Source: an uncultured Gammaproteobacteria bacterium
Lineage (GTDB): Bacteria; Pseudomonadota; Gammaproteobacteria; Xanthomonadales; Rhodanobacteraceae
Assembly (NCBI GenBank): GCA_963763305.1
Contig: CAVXNP010000002.1
Span: 145,802-177,801, forward strand
DNA: 32,000 bases
Direction: 5' to 3'
Shown here one piece after another: positions 1 to 7,983 of this stretch. Both the position numbers and the translations under genes were made by a program. Below the pieces are notes generated by a model. That model saw only the letters and a program-made list of their open reading frames with translations, made no database searches and was not told the DNA's origin. How positions within the stretch are numbered: position 1 is the first letter of the stretch; each line of letters begins with the position of its first letter.

Positions 1-12
1 GCCCCCGGGCGG

Positions 13-369
13 TCAGGCCGGCAGGCTGACCACCGGTACGAAGCCGCCGAAGATCATCCGCTTGCCGTCGAAGGGCCCGGCGCCGGCAGCTTCCATGCGC
101 GGGTCCTTCATGCATTTCTCCATGCCCGCGTCACGGGTGGCCTTGTCGGGCCATTCGATCCACGAGAACACCACCGTTTCGTTGTCCGTTGCCTGCACGG
201 CGCGACGGAAGTCGGTGAGCTTGCCGTCGGGCACGTCGTCTCCCCAGCATTCGACCACGCGCGTGGCACCGAACTCCAAAAACAGACGGTCGAAGGTATT
301 GGCGTGCGCAATGAATGGCTCGCGCTGGTTATGGGGGACGGCGATCACGAAACCATCGATGTAGGACAT
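13..369 (-). CDS. DUF1428 family protein (YbaA-like), 118 aa
   Basis: This is the C-terminal part of ORF 13..651. It starts at ATG 369..367 (MSYIDGFVIAVPHNQ...) with a GGAGA Shine-Dalgarno about 6 nt upstream. The sequence (GFVIAVP...VECWGDDVPDG..TDF..A...ETVVFSWIEWPDKATRD) matches my memory of the DUF1428 family. The upstream 94 codons of the ORF are Arg/Pro-rich and look non-coding. Confidence 0.85.
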   Translation of the reverse strand: MSYIDGFVIAVPHNQREPFIAHANTFDRLFLEFGATRVVECWGDDVPDGKLTDFRRAVQATDNETVVFSWIEWPDKATRDAGMEKCMKDPRMEAAGAGPFDGKRMIFGGFVPVVSLPA

Positions 370-580
370 GAATGTCTCCTGGTGGCGGGTGGCTCCAAGC
401 CGGTACGGGTGCTCCTCCCCAGGACGACGAACCGGGAGCGCACGAATCGACCGAAACGGGCGCACCTGGACCGAGCGGTTCCCTGCGCGGCGGAAACGGG
501 GTCGGCCTGGCACGTCTGCAACAGGAAATGACCGGCCCCGTCCAGGCCTGGAGCGTGTTTCGCCCGCCCGCAAAGACCGG

Positions 581-2414
581 TCAGTGCATCCAGCCGAGGC
601 TGTCCGGCGAGCCATCCGGGTGGGCGAACCAGCGCACGTGGTTGGTGCCACCGCAGCCGACGCCGTGGGTCTGGGTGGCCACCGCGCCGTTGAACGTGGT
701 CAGCGCAGACTGGTAGCAGCTGCCCTGGTTGTCACGGAAGCGGTACTGGGCCTGGCCGTACCAGCCGAAGTCGACCTCGGGCCGCCAGGAGCGGTTGGAG
801 CTGAAGCTGTCACGTACGCGCCGGGCGTAGCGGCCAAAGCCGGCCTTCTGGTAGAGCGCGTCCAGGTTGCGGTGCTGTTCGGCGCTGGCTCCGGCCTGCG
901 TGGGCTCGGTCTGCGGCCCGTCGCCATAGTCGACGACCTGTCCGAGCATGTAGTACTCCAGGTGCAGCGGGTAGGACGCGCTGCGTACCTCATCGTTCAA
1001 CACGATGCCCGCCCGGGTCCGACGGCTGTGCTGCAGGGTCTGGCTGGCCAGCCACAGGCGCTGCTGGTACTGCCGGTAGTCGGGCCCGACCCGTCCGTCC
1101 ATGTAGAACAACTGCAGGTTGTCGAAATGGCTGGTCTGGCGGACGTTGGCGTCCACGCGACCGTGCGAGGTGTTGACGTAGCCGTGGATGCGGAAGTCAC
1201 GATCCAGCCCGGTGGAGATCATCCCCGAGGCGGTGTCGCCCGTGTTGGCGATCGTGTCGCTGACGGTCGGCGTACCGGGCGAGCCGGCCAGGGTATTGAT
1301 CGTCACCGCACCGCTGACGTGCGCAGCGTGCTTGTCCTGGTAGACCAGCAGATACGCGCTGGCCGGGCGGCTGAGCGCGATCGTGTGGCTGCCCGCTTCG
1401 TTGAGGATGGCCGCGAACGGCGTCAGGTCCACGCGATAGGGCAGGTAGTTGAGCATCTGCGGCGGCTGGGCCGGGGCGTTGAACGTGCTGGGGAAGAAAG
1501 GGTTGCTGTTGGAGGACAGCAGCGGGAACACGGGCGCAATGCCGGCGGGCGTCCCATCGATGCTCACGCGGATCTCGGCGAAGCTGCCGCCGTTGCAGCC
1601 TTGCAGGGGTGGGAAGATGCCGCGCCGGGTTCTGGCCACCCAGGGCGAGTGGGCTGAAGAAGGGCGACAGGGGGTATGCCTCGTGGTCGGTGACACAGGT
1701 GAACCACCAGGGCTCGGCGTTGTAGACGTCCAGGTAGGCGCGCACGATGTTGTGCGGCAGGCTTACCGTATTGGCCTCCGGCATGACCCGGTACGCCGCG
1801 TCGGGCGTCTTCTGGGCCGGCGTTGCCGGCGAGGCGCGATAAAACAGCAACTTCGCGCTCACGCGGGCCTGCTCGTTCGTTATGTTGTCCCCCCAGATGG
1901 ACTGCTCCGAGACCAGCCCCACCTGGCCGTTGTGCGCGCCGGTCAGTCGTGATGCCAGATCGGTGACGTCACGCTCGGCTTGCCAGGTACCGTTCGGCGG
2001 CATCGGGTGCATTTGCGTCGGCAGGTTGGACAGCGAGCCCTCGAAGATCGGGATGCCGGCCAGGCGGATGTAGGCTTTCGCGGCATCGGAAAACGAGCCT
2101 CCCGCCTCCTCGTCGACCCTCACCTTCAGCACCACCTTGGCCCAGGGACCGGGACAGGCGGCTGGTGGGACGTAGCTGTAGTGGGTACCCGGCTCCGACG
2201 AGCCGATCAACTGCTCCATCACCACCTCGTCCTGAAACAGGTGGACCACGCAGGGGGCCCCGGCAGCCGCGGGTACGTGGGGCGTCACCGTGGACACCCC
2301 CATCGAGCCCACCTGCATGGGAGCGGCCGATGCTGGTGGGGCCGTGAACAGGGTGCAGGCAGGGGCAAGCAACAAGGCCGCGAGCGTGCGGCCTCCGAGC
2401 GGAAAGAGCTTCAT
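581..2414 (-). pseudogene. Secreted peptide-N4-(N-acetyl-beta-glucosaminyl)asparagine amidase A (PNGase A family), interrupted by a +1 frameshift near 1620-1640
   Basis: Two overlapping minus-strand ORFs (1197..2414 and 581..1696) together make one protein. The N-terminal part has a signal peptide (MKLFPLGGRTLAALLLAPACTLFTAPPASA) and ...CPGPWAKVVLKV..., running to ...WWFTCVTDHEAYPLSPFFSPLALGGQN. The C-terminal part, ...RGIFPPLQGCNGGSFAEIRVSIDGTPAG...YRVDLTPFAAILNEAGSHTIAL..., continues in the next frame. After about position 1630 the first frame becomes Arg/Gln/Pro-rich, while GC3 stays high only in the second frame. Confidence 0.7.
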
Positions 2415-2654
2415 GGCGGATCACTCCTTGAACGGGCGCCCCTGTGCGCAGCATGTTCCTCCGCCGCTCGTGAGCGTTTCCCATAACACCGATGTGCCTG
2501 CCCGGATATTTTTTTTCGTTCCGAAGCCGCAACATGATGTCGTACACACCCGGGGGCGATTACGACGGAAAGCACCGCGCCCGGGAGCCTCGGCGCCCAT
2601 CGACCACTCGGGACGGTTGGCTTGCAAACCTTCAATCAAGCGAGTGTCCACCGA

Positions 2655-3056
2655 ATGAGCGCCAACCGCATTTCAACCTTCATCACCACACTCAGCGCCG
2701 TTGTGCAGGCCGCCGGCGGCATTGCGCTGTTGTTCGGATCGGACGAGCTGCTGGTCCCGGTTGTGTCCGGAAAGGCGGCCGGTGTCACGGTGCTGGGGCA
2801 ACTGGTGGCCAGCGGCTGGCTGGCTATGGCGTGGCTCAACTGGTGCCAGCGGCATCTGCTCATCGGCGGGATCTATGGCAGGCCGATGGTGCTGGCCAAC
2901 TTCACGCTTTACCTGGTGAGCGCCTCGAGCCTGGTTCATCTGTCGATGGGCAGCGGTTCGCCTGCCGTGGTGATGGTGCCAGCCGTGTTGTTTGGCCTGC
3001 TGACCCTGGTCTACGGCATGCTCTTGTTGAAGGGGCCGTTCGGTTCGGACGGGTAG
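2655..3056 (+). CDS. Small hypothetical integral membrane protein (about 4 TM segments), 133 aa
   Basis: The ORF is 2622..3056. It has four hydrophobic stretches (ISTFITTLSAVVQAAGGIALLF, VTVLGQLVASGWLAMAWL, MVLANFTLYLVSASSLVHL, AVVMVPAVLFGLLTLVYGMLLL) and high GC3. The start is uncertain (TTG 2622 or ATG 2655) and there is no strong SD. I recognise no family. Confidence 0.55.
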   Translation: MSANRISTFITTLSAVVQAAGGIALLFGSDELLVPVVSGKAAGVTVLGQLVASGWLAMAWLNWCQRHLLIGGIYGRPMVLANFTLYLVSASSLVHLSMGSGSPAVVMVPAVLFGLLTLVYGMLLLKGPFGSDG

Positions 3057-3196
3057 GGGCACTCTTGCCTGACGGCACCCGGCCGCCCTCTGGCCTGTGG
3101 AAGCGACCTCCATCGCGACGCGCACGGTAGTGCGCGGTGGCGGGCGTCCGGACCCCCGCCAGGGGGCCATCCGGCCACGGGTCCGCTGACCCGGCC

Positions 3197-3222
3197 ATCG
3201 CGACGGAAGTCGCTCCTACAGG
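3197..3222. repeat. REP-like extragenic palindromic element (atcGCGACggaaGTCGCtcctacagg)
   Basis: This intergenic sequence has a short GCGAC/GTCGC stem followed by a CTCCTACAG tail. It resembles the GTAGGAGC...-type REP units I remember from pseudomonads and xanthomonads. Only one copy is in this window, so its repetitive nature cannot be shown here. Confidence 0.35.
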
Positions 3223-3305
3223 CGAGGGGGGCTGGTAGCGGTGCGCCCTGCAGCACGCCCGGGCGCAGCGGGACTGCGCGGCATCGGCGCCACGTTGTGG
3301 CGGCA

Positions 3306-3331
3306 CGAAAAAGGCCGGCGGACGCCGGCCT
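3306..3331 (-). terminator. Rho-independent terminator of the 3421..3933 gene
   Basis: On the minus strand the sequence reads AGGCCGGCGTCCGCCGGCCTTTTTCGTG. That is a GC-rich 7-8 bp stem with a tight loop and a T5 tract, about 90 nt downstream of the stop at 3421. Confidence 0.6.
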
Positions 3332-3420
3332 GGATGATTCGGGACCGGCGGCCGGCACGGGCACATGGAGAATGAGCTTCCCCCCGCACCAGTTTTCCGT
3401 ATCGCCGCCGGTCGGCCGGA

Positions 3421-3933
3421 TCAGTTGGACGCGAGCTGCGAGTTGTGACGCTCGTAGTCGATCAGCAGCTGGTTGGCCCGCGCATAGTCTTTGGACTTGA
3501 GCGCTTCCTGCAGGATCGTCGCGAAGTCCTGATCGCTGACGCCGTCCAGCGAAAGGTGCCCGGACGCACGTGCCCGGTAGGCCGACGCAATCACCGTGGC
3601 CTGGTCGGCCGGGATGCCCAAGCGTTGCCATTCCCTGGCCAGATTCGCGCGGGCCTCGGAGATCGACCACACGCCCTTGGGCCGTTTCTTGCCGACGTTT
3701 GCATCCCAGCGGAGGTTCGCATTCCCTTCGATGCGTTTCCTCATGAGCTGGTAGCGCAGCGCGTTGGCTTCCTGCGCCTGCTGTTGGGTTTGCAACGCAG
3801 GCGTGTCGTGCTGGGTGCTTTGCGATTGCATCGGTTGCGGGGAGGGCCGGGGACTGCCGGCTCCCTGTCCCTGGGCGTGCAGCCCGGTGGCAACCAGGCA
3901 GAACGTTGCCGCGCAAACAAGTCGTGAGTTCAT
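3421..3933 (-). CDS. Secreted hypothetical protein with a Gln/Pro-rich linker, 170 aa
   Basis: This is the C-terminal part of ORF 3421..4038. The ATG at 3933 is preceded by GGAGG. It has a signal peptide (MNSRLVCAATFCLVATGLHAQG), then a low-complexity Q/P/S region, then a helical-looking domain. I recognise no family. Confidence 0.65.
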   Translation of the reverse strand: MNSRLVCAATFCLVATGLHAQGQGAGSPRPSPQPMQSQSTQHDTPALQTQQQAQEANALRYQLMRKRIEGNANLRWDANVGKKRPKGVWSISEARANLAREWQRLGIPADQATVIASAYRARASGHLSLDGVSDQDFATILQEALKSKDYARANQLLIDYERHNSQLASN

Positions 3934-4065
3934 GATGTGTCCTCCGTGAGTTTCGCTCGCGTCCAAACATCCGACGGTCGGGTTTGCTTCAGCGGCCAGC
4001 CTACCTGCCGTGCAACCCGAAGCTGATGCTACACCCAAGGGTTATCATCAGGACGTCGCCCCACC

Positions 4066-4881
4066 GTGACGGCCATGCCTGCCATTTCCGCCACTCGCCC
4101 CAGTGCTGCCCACGGGACCGTAGGAGCCGGCCGCGTGCTGATCTGGCGCGGTGGCGGCCTTTGGGTCAGCCGCAACACCGGACGGGTGCAGCCGCATGCC
4201 CACCACGCCATCCAGATCACGCTCTGTCCGCAGCAGCCGATCCGGCTGCGCAGCACCGATGCCCCGGGCTGGCACCACACGCAGGCTTCGGTCGTCATGC
4301 CCCATCGACCTCACCAGTTCGACGGCTGCGGGCAGGATGTGGTCATGGTGTTCGTCGAACCGGAGACCCCCGCAGGGCGCATGCTGATCGCGCGCTACGG
4401 GCATGCGCCGCTGACGACGCTCGATGACCAGGCCGCAATCACCGAGCAGGCACAGGGCGTGCTCGACGGACTGGCCTCCCGGGCAAGCGACGAGGTGTTG
4501 ATCGCCGGCGCCAGGGCCATTATCGGCCTGTTCACCGGTGACGTACCGCAGGCGACATGGGTCGACCCGCGGATCGCGCGCGCGGTGGAGTGGATGCAGG
4601 ACCGGCTGGAGACGCCGATCTCCCTCGCGCAGGCCGCCGCGACCGTCCACCTCTCGCCGGGCCGGTTCCGCCACCTGTTCGTCGCCCAGACCGGAATATC
4701 CTTCCGCGCATACCTGCTGTGGGCGAGGGTGAACCGGGCGATGATCACTGCGATGGGCGGGGCGACATGGACGCAGGCCGCGCAGCAAGCCGGTTTTGCC
4801 GACTCGGCCCATCTCACCCGTACCTGCCGCCGCATGTTCGGCATTGCGCCGACCATGCTGGGTCGGGACGACCGCCGCTGA
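4066..4881 (+). CDS. AraC family transcriptional regulator
   Basis: It carries a C-terminal AraC-type double HTH (ISLAQAAATVHLSPGRFRHLFVAQTGISFRAYLLWARVNRAM...AAQQAGFADSAHLTRTCRRMFGIAPT). The N-terminal sensing domain is about 150 aa. The start is either GTG 4066 or ATG 4075. Confidence 0.9.
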   Translation: MTAMPAISATRPSAAHGTVGAGRVLIWRGGGLWVSRNTGRVQPHAHHAIQITLCPQQPIRLRSTDAPGWHHTQASVVMPHRPHQFDGCGQDVVMVFVEPETPAGRMLIARYGHAPLTTLDDQAAITEQAQGVLDGLASRASDEVLIAGARAIIGLFTGDVPQATWVDPRIARAVEWMQDRLETPISLAQAAATVHLSPGRFRHLFVAQTGISFRAYLLWARVNRAMITAMGGATWTQAAQQAGFADSAHLTRTCRRMFGIAPTMLGRDDRR

Positions 4882-5005
4882 GGCTGCCCGGAAGGCTGGT
4901 GCGACGCAGGACAGCCCGAATATTCAAGCTTCGGCACGGCCCGATCCCAACAATGCGCTCCGTGGGTCACGTCCGACCCACCACTACTACCGGAGCCATA
5001 CACTC

Positions 5006-5155
5006 ATGAATAACGAAAACGCCATCGCCTGTCCCTGCGCCGACTGCGTCGGTACCGCCTGCACCTGCGGCTGCCAGGACGCTGTCCGCCAGCAGGCATC
5101 GTCCTGCCAGTGCGGTTGCCAGCAGGGCCGACCCTGCCGCTGCACCGATCGTTGA
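5006..5155 (+). CDS. Cysteine-rich 49-aa protein, candidate bacterial metallothionein
   Basis: The sequence is MNNENAIACPCADCVGTACTCGCQDAVRQQASSCQCGCQQGRPCRCTDR. It has 11 Cys in 49 residues, arranged as CxC and CxCxC clusters, with no aromatic residues and no His. GGAG lies 10 nt upstream of the ATG. GC3 is about 80 percent, and a perfect 13-bp hairpin starts 7 nt after the stop. It sits inside the longer non-coding-looking ORF 4796..5155. Confidence 0.55.
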   Translation: MNNENAIACPCADCVGTACTCGCQDAVRQQASSCQCGCQQGRPCRCTDR

Positions 5156-5161
5156 TCCGTC

Positions 5162-5193
5162 CTGCGCGGGTCGCAGCGAAGCGACCCGCGCAG
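5162..5193 (+). terminator. Perfect 13-bp stem-loop after the Cys-rich ORF (possible terminator or stabiliser)
   Basis: The sequence is CTGCGCGGGTCGC-agcgaa-GCGACCCGCGCAG, beginning 7 nt after the stop codon. No U-tract follows, so intrinsic termination is not certain. Confidence 0.4.
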
Positions 5194-5424
5194 CGCGCCA
5201 CGCTGTGTGACGCGTTGCCGTGTATCGGACATGGTCGCGGCAAAAGCGAAGATGCGGGGCGTGGCTCTTTTTGCAGAGCGCGAGAAGGCAAACCCGATCC
5301 CTTTGGTGTCGTTTCCGGATTTCATGGACATGAGACCTGTGCGACCGCAATAGCCGTAACGGCAGGTGCGGGGAAACATCGCCTCGCCGATGATCTGCGG
5401 TTTGCTCCTTCCCCGAGGTTCCGC

Positions 5425-6669
5425 ATGACGACCTTCTTTCGCCTGGCTTGCCTGGGTCTGCTCCTGCTGACGGCAGGTTGCAGCACGGTGCCGGCCCCCC
5501 GTCCGGCCGAACGCGCGCCCTTGCTGCTGGTGTCCATCGACGGGTTTCGCGCCGATTATCTCGATCGAGGCTACAGCCCCACGCTGCATGCGCTCGCGTC
5601 CGAGGGCGTGCGTGGTGCCGGACTGCAGCCGTCCTTTCCGACGCTGACGTTCCCCAACCACTACAGCCTGGTGACCGGCCGCTACCCCGATCACCACGGC
5701 ATCGTCGACAACGCCATGACCGTCGCGGGTCTGGGTCGTTTCACGCTGGGCAACCGCGGCGCCGTGGCGGATGGGCGCTGGTGGAACCAGGCCGAGCCGA
5801 TCTGGGTGAGTGCCGACCGCCAGGGCATGCGGACGGCGACCTTGTTCTGGCCCGGGTCCGAGGCGGACATCCATGGATACCGCCCCGACTATTGGCTCGG
5901 TTACGACGCCGATATGGGTTATGACGCGCGTGTTGACCAGGTCCTGCATTGGCTGGACCTGCCGGCGTCCCAGCGGCCGCGGTTCCTGACGCTGTATTTC
6001 GAAGCGGTCGATACGGCTGGCCACTACGAGGGGCCGGACGCAGCGAAGACCAACGCGGCCATCGCGCGCGTCGACCATGCACTGGCCCGACTGGTTGCCG
6101 GACTGAAGCAGCGCGGACTGTACGACCGCCTCAATCTGATCGTGCTGGCGGACCACGGCATGGCGGCCACACCGCCGACGCAGCGGATCTTTCTCGACGA
6201 TCTGGCCGATCCGGCACACATGCAGGTGGTCTCGACCGGGGCCATCGCGGGCATCATCCCCACGCGCGGGCATGAGGCCGAGATTGCCGCCGCACTGGTC
6301 GGGCCGCACCCGCACATGCAGTGCTGGCACAAGGCCGACATTCCGGTCCGCCTGCACTACGGCCACAACGACCGGGTGCCGCCGTTGTTCTGCCTGGCCC
6401 AGGTGGGCTGGTTGATCACCCACAACCACGGCACCGCGCTTCACCACGGCAAGGAAATCCATGGCGAGCATGGGTTCGACAACGCCGATCCGCGGATGCG
6501 GGCGCTGTTCGTGGCGCACGGACCCGCCTTCCGCGCCCACACCAGGATGCCGGTTTTCCCCAACGTCGACGTGTATCCGTTGATGACGCACTTGCTGGGC
6601 ATCCGGCCAGAGCCGAACGACGGTCATTTTGCGGATGTCTCGGCGATGCTGCAGACCCCGGCACGCTGA
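5425..6669 (+). CDS. Ectonucleotide pyrophosphatase/phosphodiesterase (NPP, alkaline-phosphatase superfamily), probable lipoprotein, 414 aa
   Basis: This is the C-terminal part of ORF 5110..6669, starting at ATG 5425. It has a signal/lipobox-like N-terminus (MTTFFRLACLGLLLLTAGC). NPP signatures are present: LLLVSIDGFRADYL, PSFPTLTFPNHYSLVTGRYPDHHGIVDN, YFEAVDTAGHYEGP, LADHGM, GEHGFDN. Confidence 0.9.
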   Translation: MTTFFRLACLGLLLLTAGCSTVPAPRPAERAPLLLVSIDGFRADYLDRGYSPTLHALASEGVRGAGLQPSFPTLTFPNHYSLVTGRYPDHHGIVDNAMTVAGLGRFTLGNRGAVADGRWWNQAEPIWVSADRQGMRTATLFWPGSEADIHGYRPDYWLGYDADMGYDARVDQVLHWLDLPASQRPRFLTLYFEAVDTAGHYEGPDAAKTNAAIARVDHALARLVAGLKQRGLYDRLNLIVLADHGMAATPPTQRIFLDDLADPAHMQVVSTGAIAGIIPTRGHEAEIAAALVGPHPHMQCWHKADIPVRLHYGHNDRVPPLFCLAQVGWLITHNHGTALHHGKEIHGEHGFDNADPRMRALFVAHGPAFRAHTRMPVFPNVDVYPLMTHLLGIRPEPNDGHFADVSAMLQTPAR

Positions 6670-6688
6670 CCTGCGGAAAGGGGCCGCA

Positions 6689-6716
6689 AAAGGCGGCGGG
6701 CTCGACCGCCTTCTTG
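6689..6716 (+). terminator. Possible rho-independent terminator of the NPP gene
   Basis: The sequence is AAGGCGG-cgggctcga-CCGCCTT followed by CTTGT, about 20 nt after the stop at 6669. The stem is short and the U-tract is weak. Confidence 0.4.
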
Positions 6717-6801
6717 TCGGTGCCGGGACCTTCCCTTATTGGCCGGCACGGCATGCGGGCTCGCGGAGACCGCGGCCTGCGCAAACTGCACCTGCATTTG
6801 A

Positions 6802-7035
6802 GTTGTCGCGCAGGCCGGGGACGCGGTTTTCGACCTGGTCTGCGTGGACGGCTCGCACTACGACGATGACGTGCTGCACGCGGTCATGAGTTGCGAGCGC
6901 CTGCGGGCGGGCTGATGAGCTTGGACGACTGCGTCTGGCAGTACTACCGGCGACCGATGGAGAATTCCGCCGGTGCGATCCACTCCGCTGTGCAGTCCAG
7001 CGCGGGCTGCCATGCGGGCTGCGCTGCCACCAGAT
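6802..7035 (+). pseudogene. Relic of a class I SAM-dependent (O-)methyltransferase: C-terminal fragment, frameshifted, no start
   Basis: Frame 1 reads VVAQAGDAVFDLVCVDGSHYDDDVLHAVMSCERLRAG*, with GC3 about 89 percent. It continues after a 1-nt shift at the TGATG (6913-6917) as (L)MSLDDCVWQYYRRP...GAIHSAVQS. Joined, this mimics the FDL(V/I)F(I/V)DG.H.Y..V......LL..GG.(I/L)..DD..W pattern of Methyltransf_24/OMT-type enzymes. An in-frame stop at 6799 and the lack of an N-terminal SAM-binding half argue that it is a remnant. Confidence 0.3.
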
Positions 7036-7113
7036 GATCATCGAAAAGCTCGCCGAGCCACAGCGGACCCGGGCGGGATGACGGCATGCCGCATGCGCAT
7101 CGACCGCCACGAA

Positions 7114-7983
7114 TCATGGTGCCTGGCAGGCCACACCCGCGGCCGACGCAAGGGTTTCTCCCGCTGCCAACGGTGCAAGTCGCGCGTGGTGGAAGCCCTT
7201 GGTCCACCATTGCCAGCGCGCGTCCGTATAGCGCGCGCCGTCCGCCGACACGGCGATCCGCAGCCGACGGGTGTGCCCGTCGAAGGTCAGCACGGCGGTG
7301 TGCGGGTCCGGATAGGTGGCGCGCACGGTACGGCGATCCTCGCAGGTGTACAGCCGGGTTTCGGCCACGGTGGAGGAGGGGGCCGCGCCGGGGTGCCATG
7401 CGGTCAGCGTGTAACGGGATGGCTCGGCACCGGCGCCGCACAGGTGGCCGGCGAAGGGGGCGCTGATCGTGTGCTTGCCGAGCGCCAGCGTGACCGCAGC
7501 CGGGGATTCGCAATGGCCGCCGGGGTACACGTCGCCGGACACCCAGCGCATGTCGCTGCTCACGCTGGCCCCGGGCGCCAGAGTGAGCGGTGGTGCCGCG
7601 CCCGTCCCGGCAGCGGGCGGGGTGGGTATGACATGGGCCGATGGTTGCCTGTTCGCCCCCATGAAAGAGGCCATCGGCCGCGCGGGGATGTTGCACGGTT
7701 GCTTTCCGGTGTTGCGCAGCGTGAGCGCCGTGCCGGAATGCGACATGCCGTCGAAGCGACCGTTGCCGGCATCGAGAGTGAAGGCCAGTTGTGCCGGCAC
7801 GCATGGGGTCGGCAGCATCCGGGCCGGGTTTGCCGCGGGCGGCCGGGAGGAGGATGTGCAGGCGGGAAGCATCGGCAAGGACAAGCTGGCCAGGAGCGCC
7901 GTAAGCGTGACTTTACCGGCGACGCCTGAGGGAACGCGACGGCGCGCCGCGGTGGCGTTCGATGCCCTGCGCTTGCCGTTCAT
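7114..7983 (-). CDS. Lipoprotein with an N-terminal DUF4232-like domain and a C-terminal MliC (C-type lysozyme inhibitor) domain, 289 aa
   Basis: It has a signal peptide with a lipobox (LSLPMLPAC). The middle region (CVPAQLAFTLDAGNG...GTALTLRNTGKQPCNIPARP...LAPGASVSSDMRW) resembles DUF4232. The C-terminus (YTCEDRRTVRATYPDPHTAVLTFDGHTRRLRIAVSADGARYTDARWQWWTKG) matches the MliC/PF09864 pattern as I remember it. Confidence 0.75.
   Translation of the reverse strand: MNGKRRASNATAARRRVPSGVAGKVTLTALLASLSLPMLPACTSSSRPPAANPARMLPTPCVPAQLAFTLDAGNGRFDGMSHSGTALTLRNTGKQPCNIPARPMASFMGANRQPSAHVIPTPPAAGTGAAPPLTLAPGASVSSDMRWVSGDVYPGGHCESPAAVTLALGKHTISAPFAGHLCGAGAEPSRYTLTAWHPGAAPSSTVAETRLYTCEDRRTVRATYPDPHTAVLTFDGHTRRLRIAVSADGARYTDARWQWWTKGFHHARLAPLAAGETLASAAGVACQAP

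Noticed and set aside
368-1657. A 429-aa plus-strand ORF lies opposite the PNGase gene. Similar long antisense ORFs occur at 4987..6627, 10149..11471, 14031..15533, 19119..20219, 25449..26714, 28048..29223 and 27459..29069.
   Set aside because: All are mirror or alternative frames of genes with clear family signatures. They have Arg/Gly/Pro/His-biased low-complexity translations and lack RBS-start configurations.
4108-4125. A GTAGGAGCCGGCCGCG string could be a second REP-like copy.
   Set aside because: It lies inside the AraC coding frame (GTVGAGRV) and lacks the GCGAC/GTCGC palindrome. The resemblance is coincidental.
6944-7087. A 47-aa minus-strand ORF (MPSSRPGPLWLGELFDDHLVAAQPAWQPALDCTAEWIAPAEFSIGRR) lies just downstream of the lipoprotein gene.
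   Set aside because: Its GC3 (about 74 percent) is lower than that of the plus-strand methyltransferase-like frame covering the same bases. It has no RBS and no recognisable family, so it is more likely the reverse frame of the relic.
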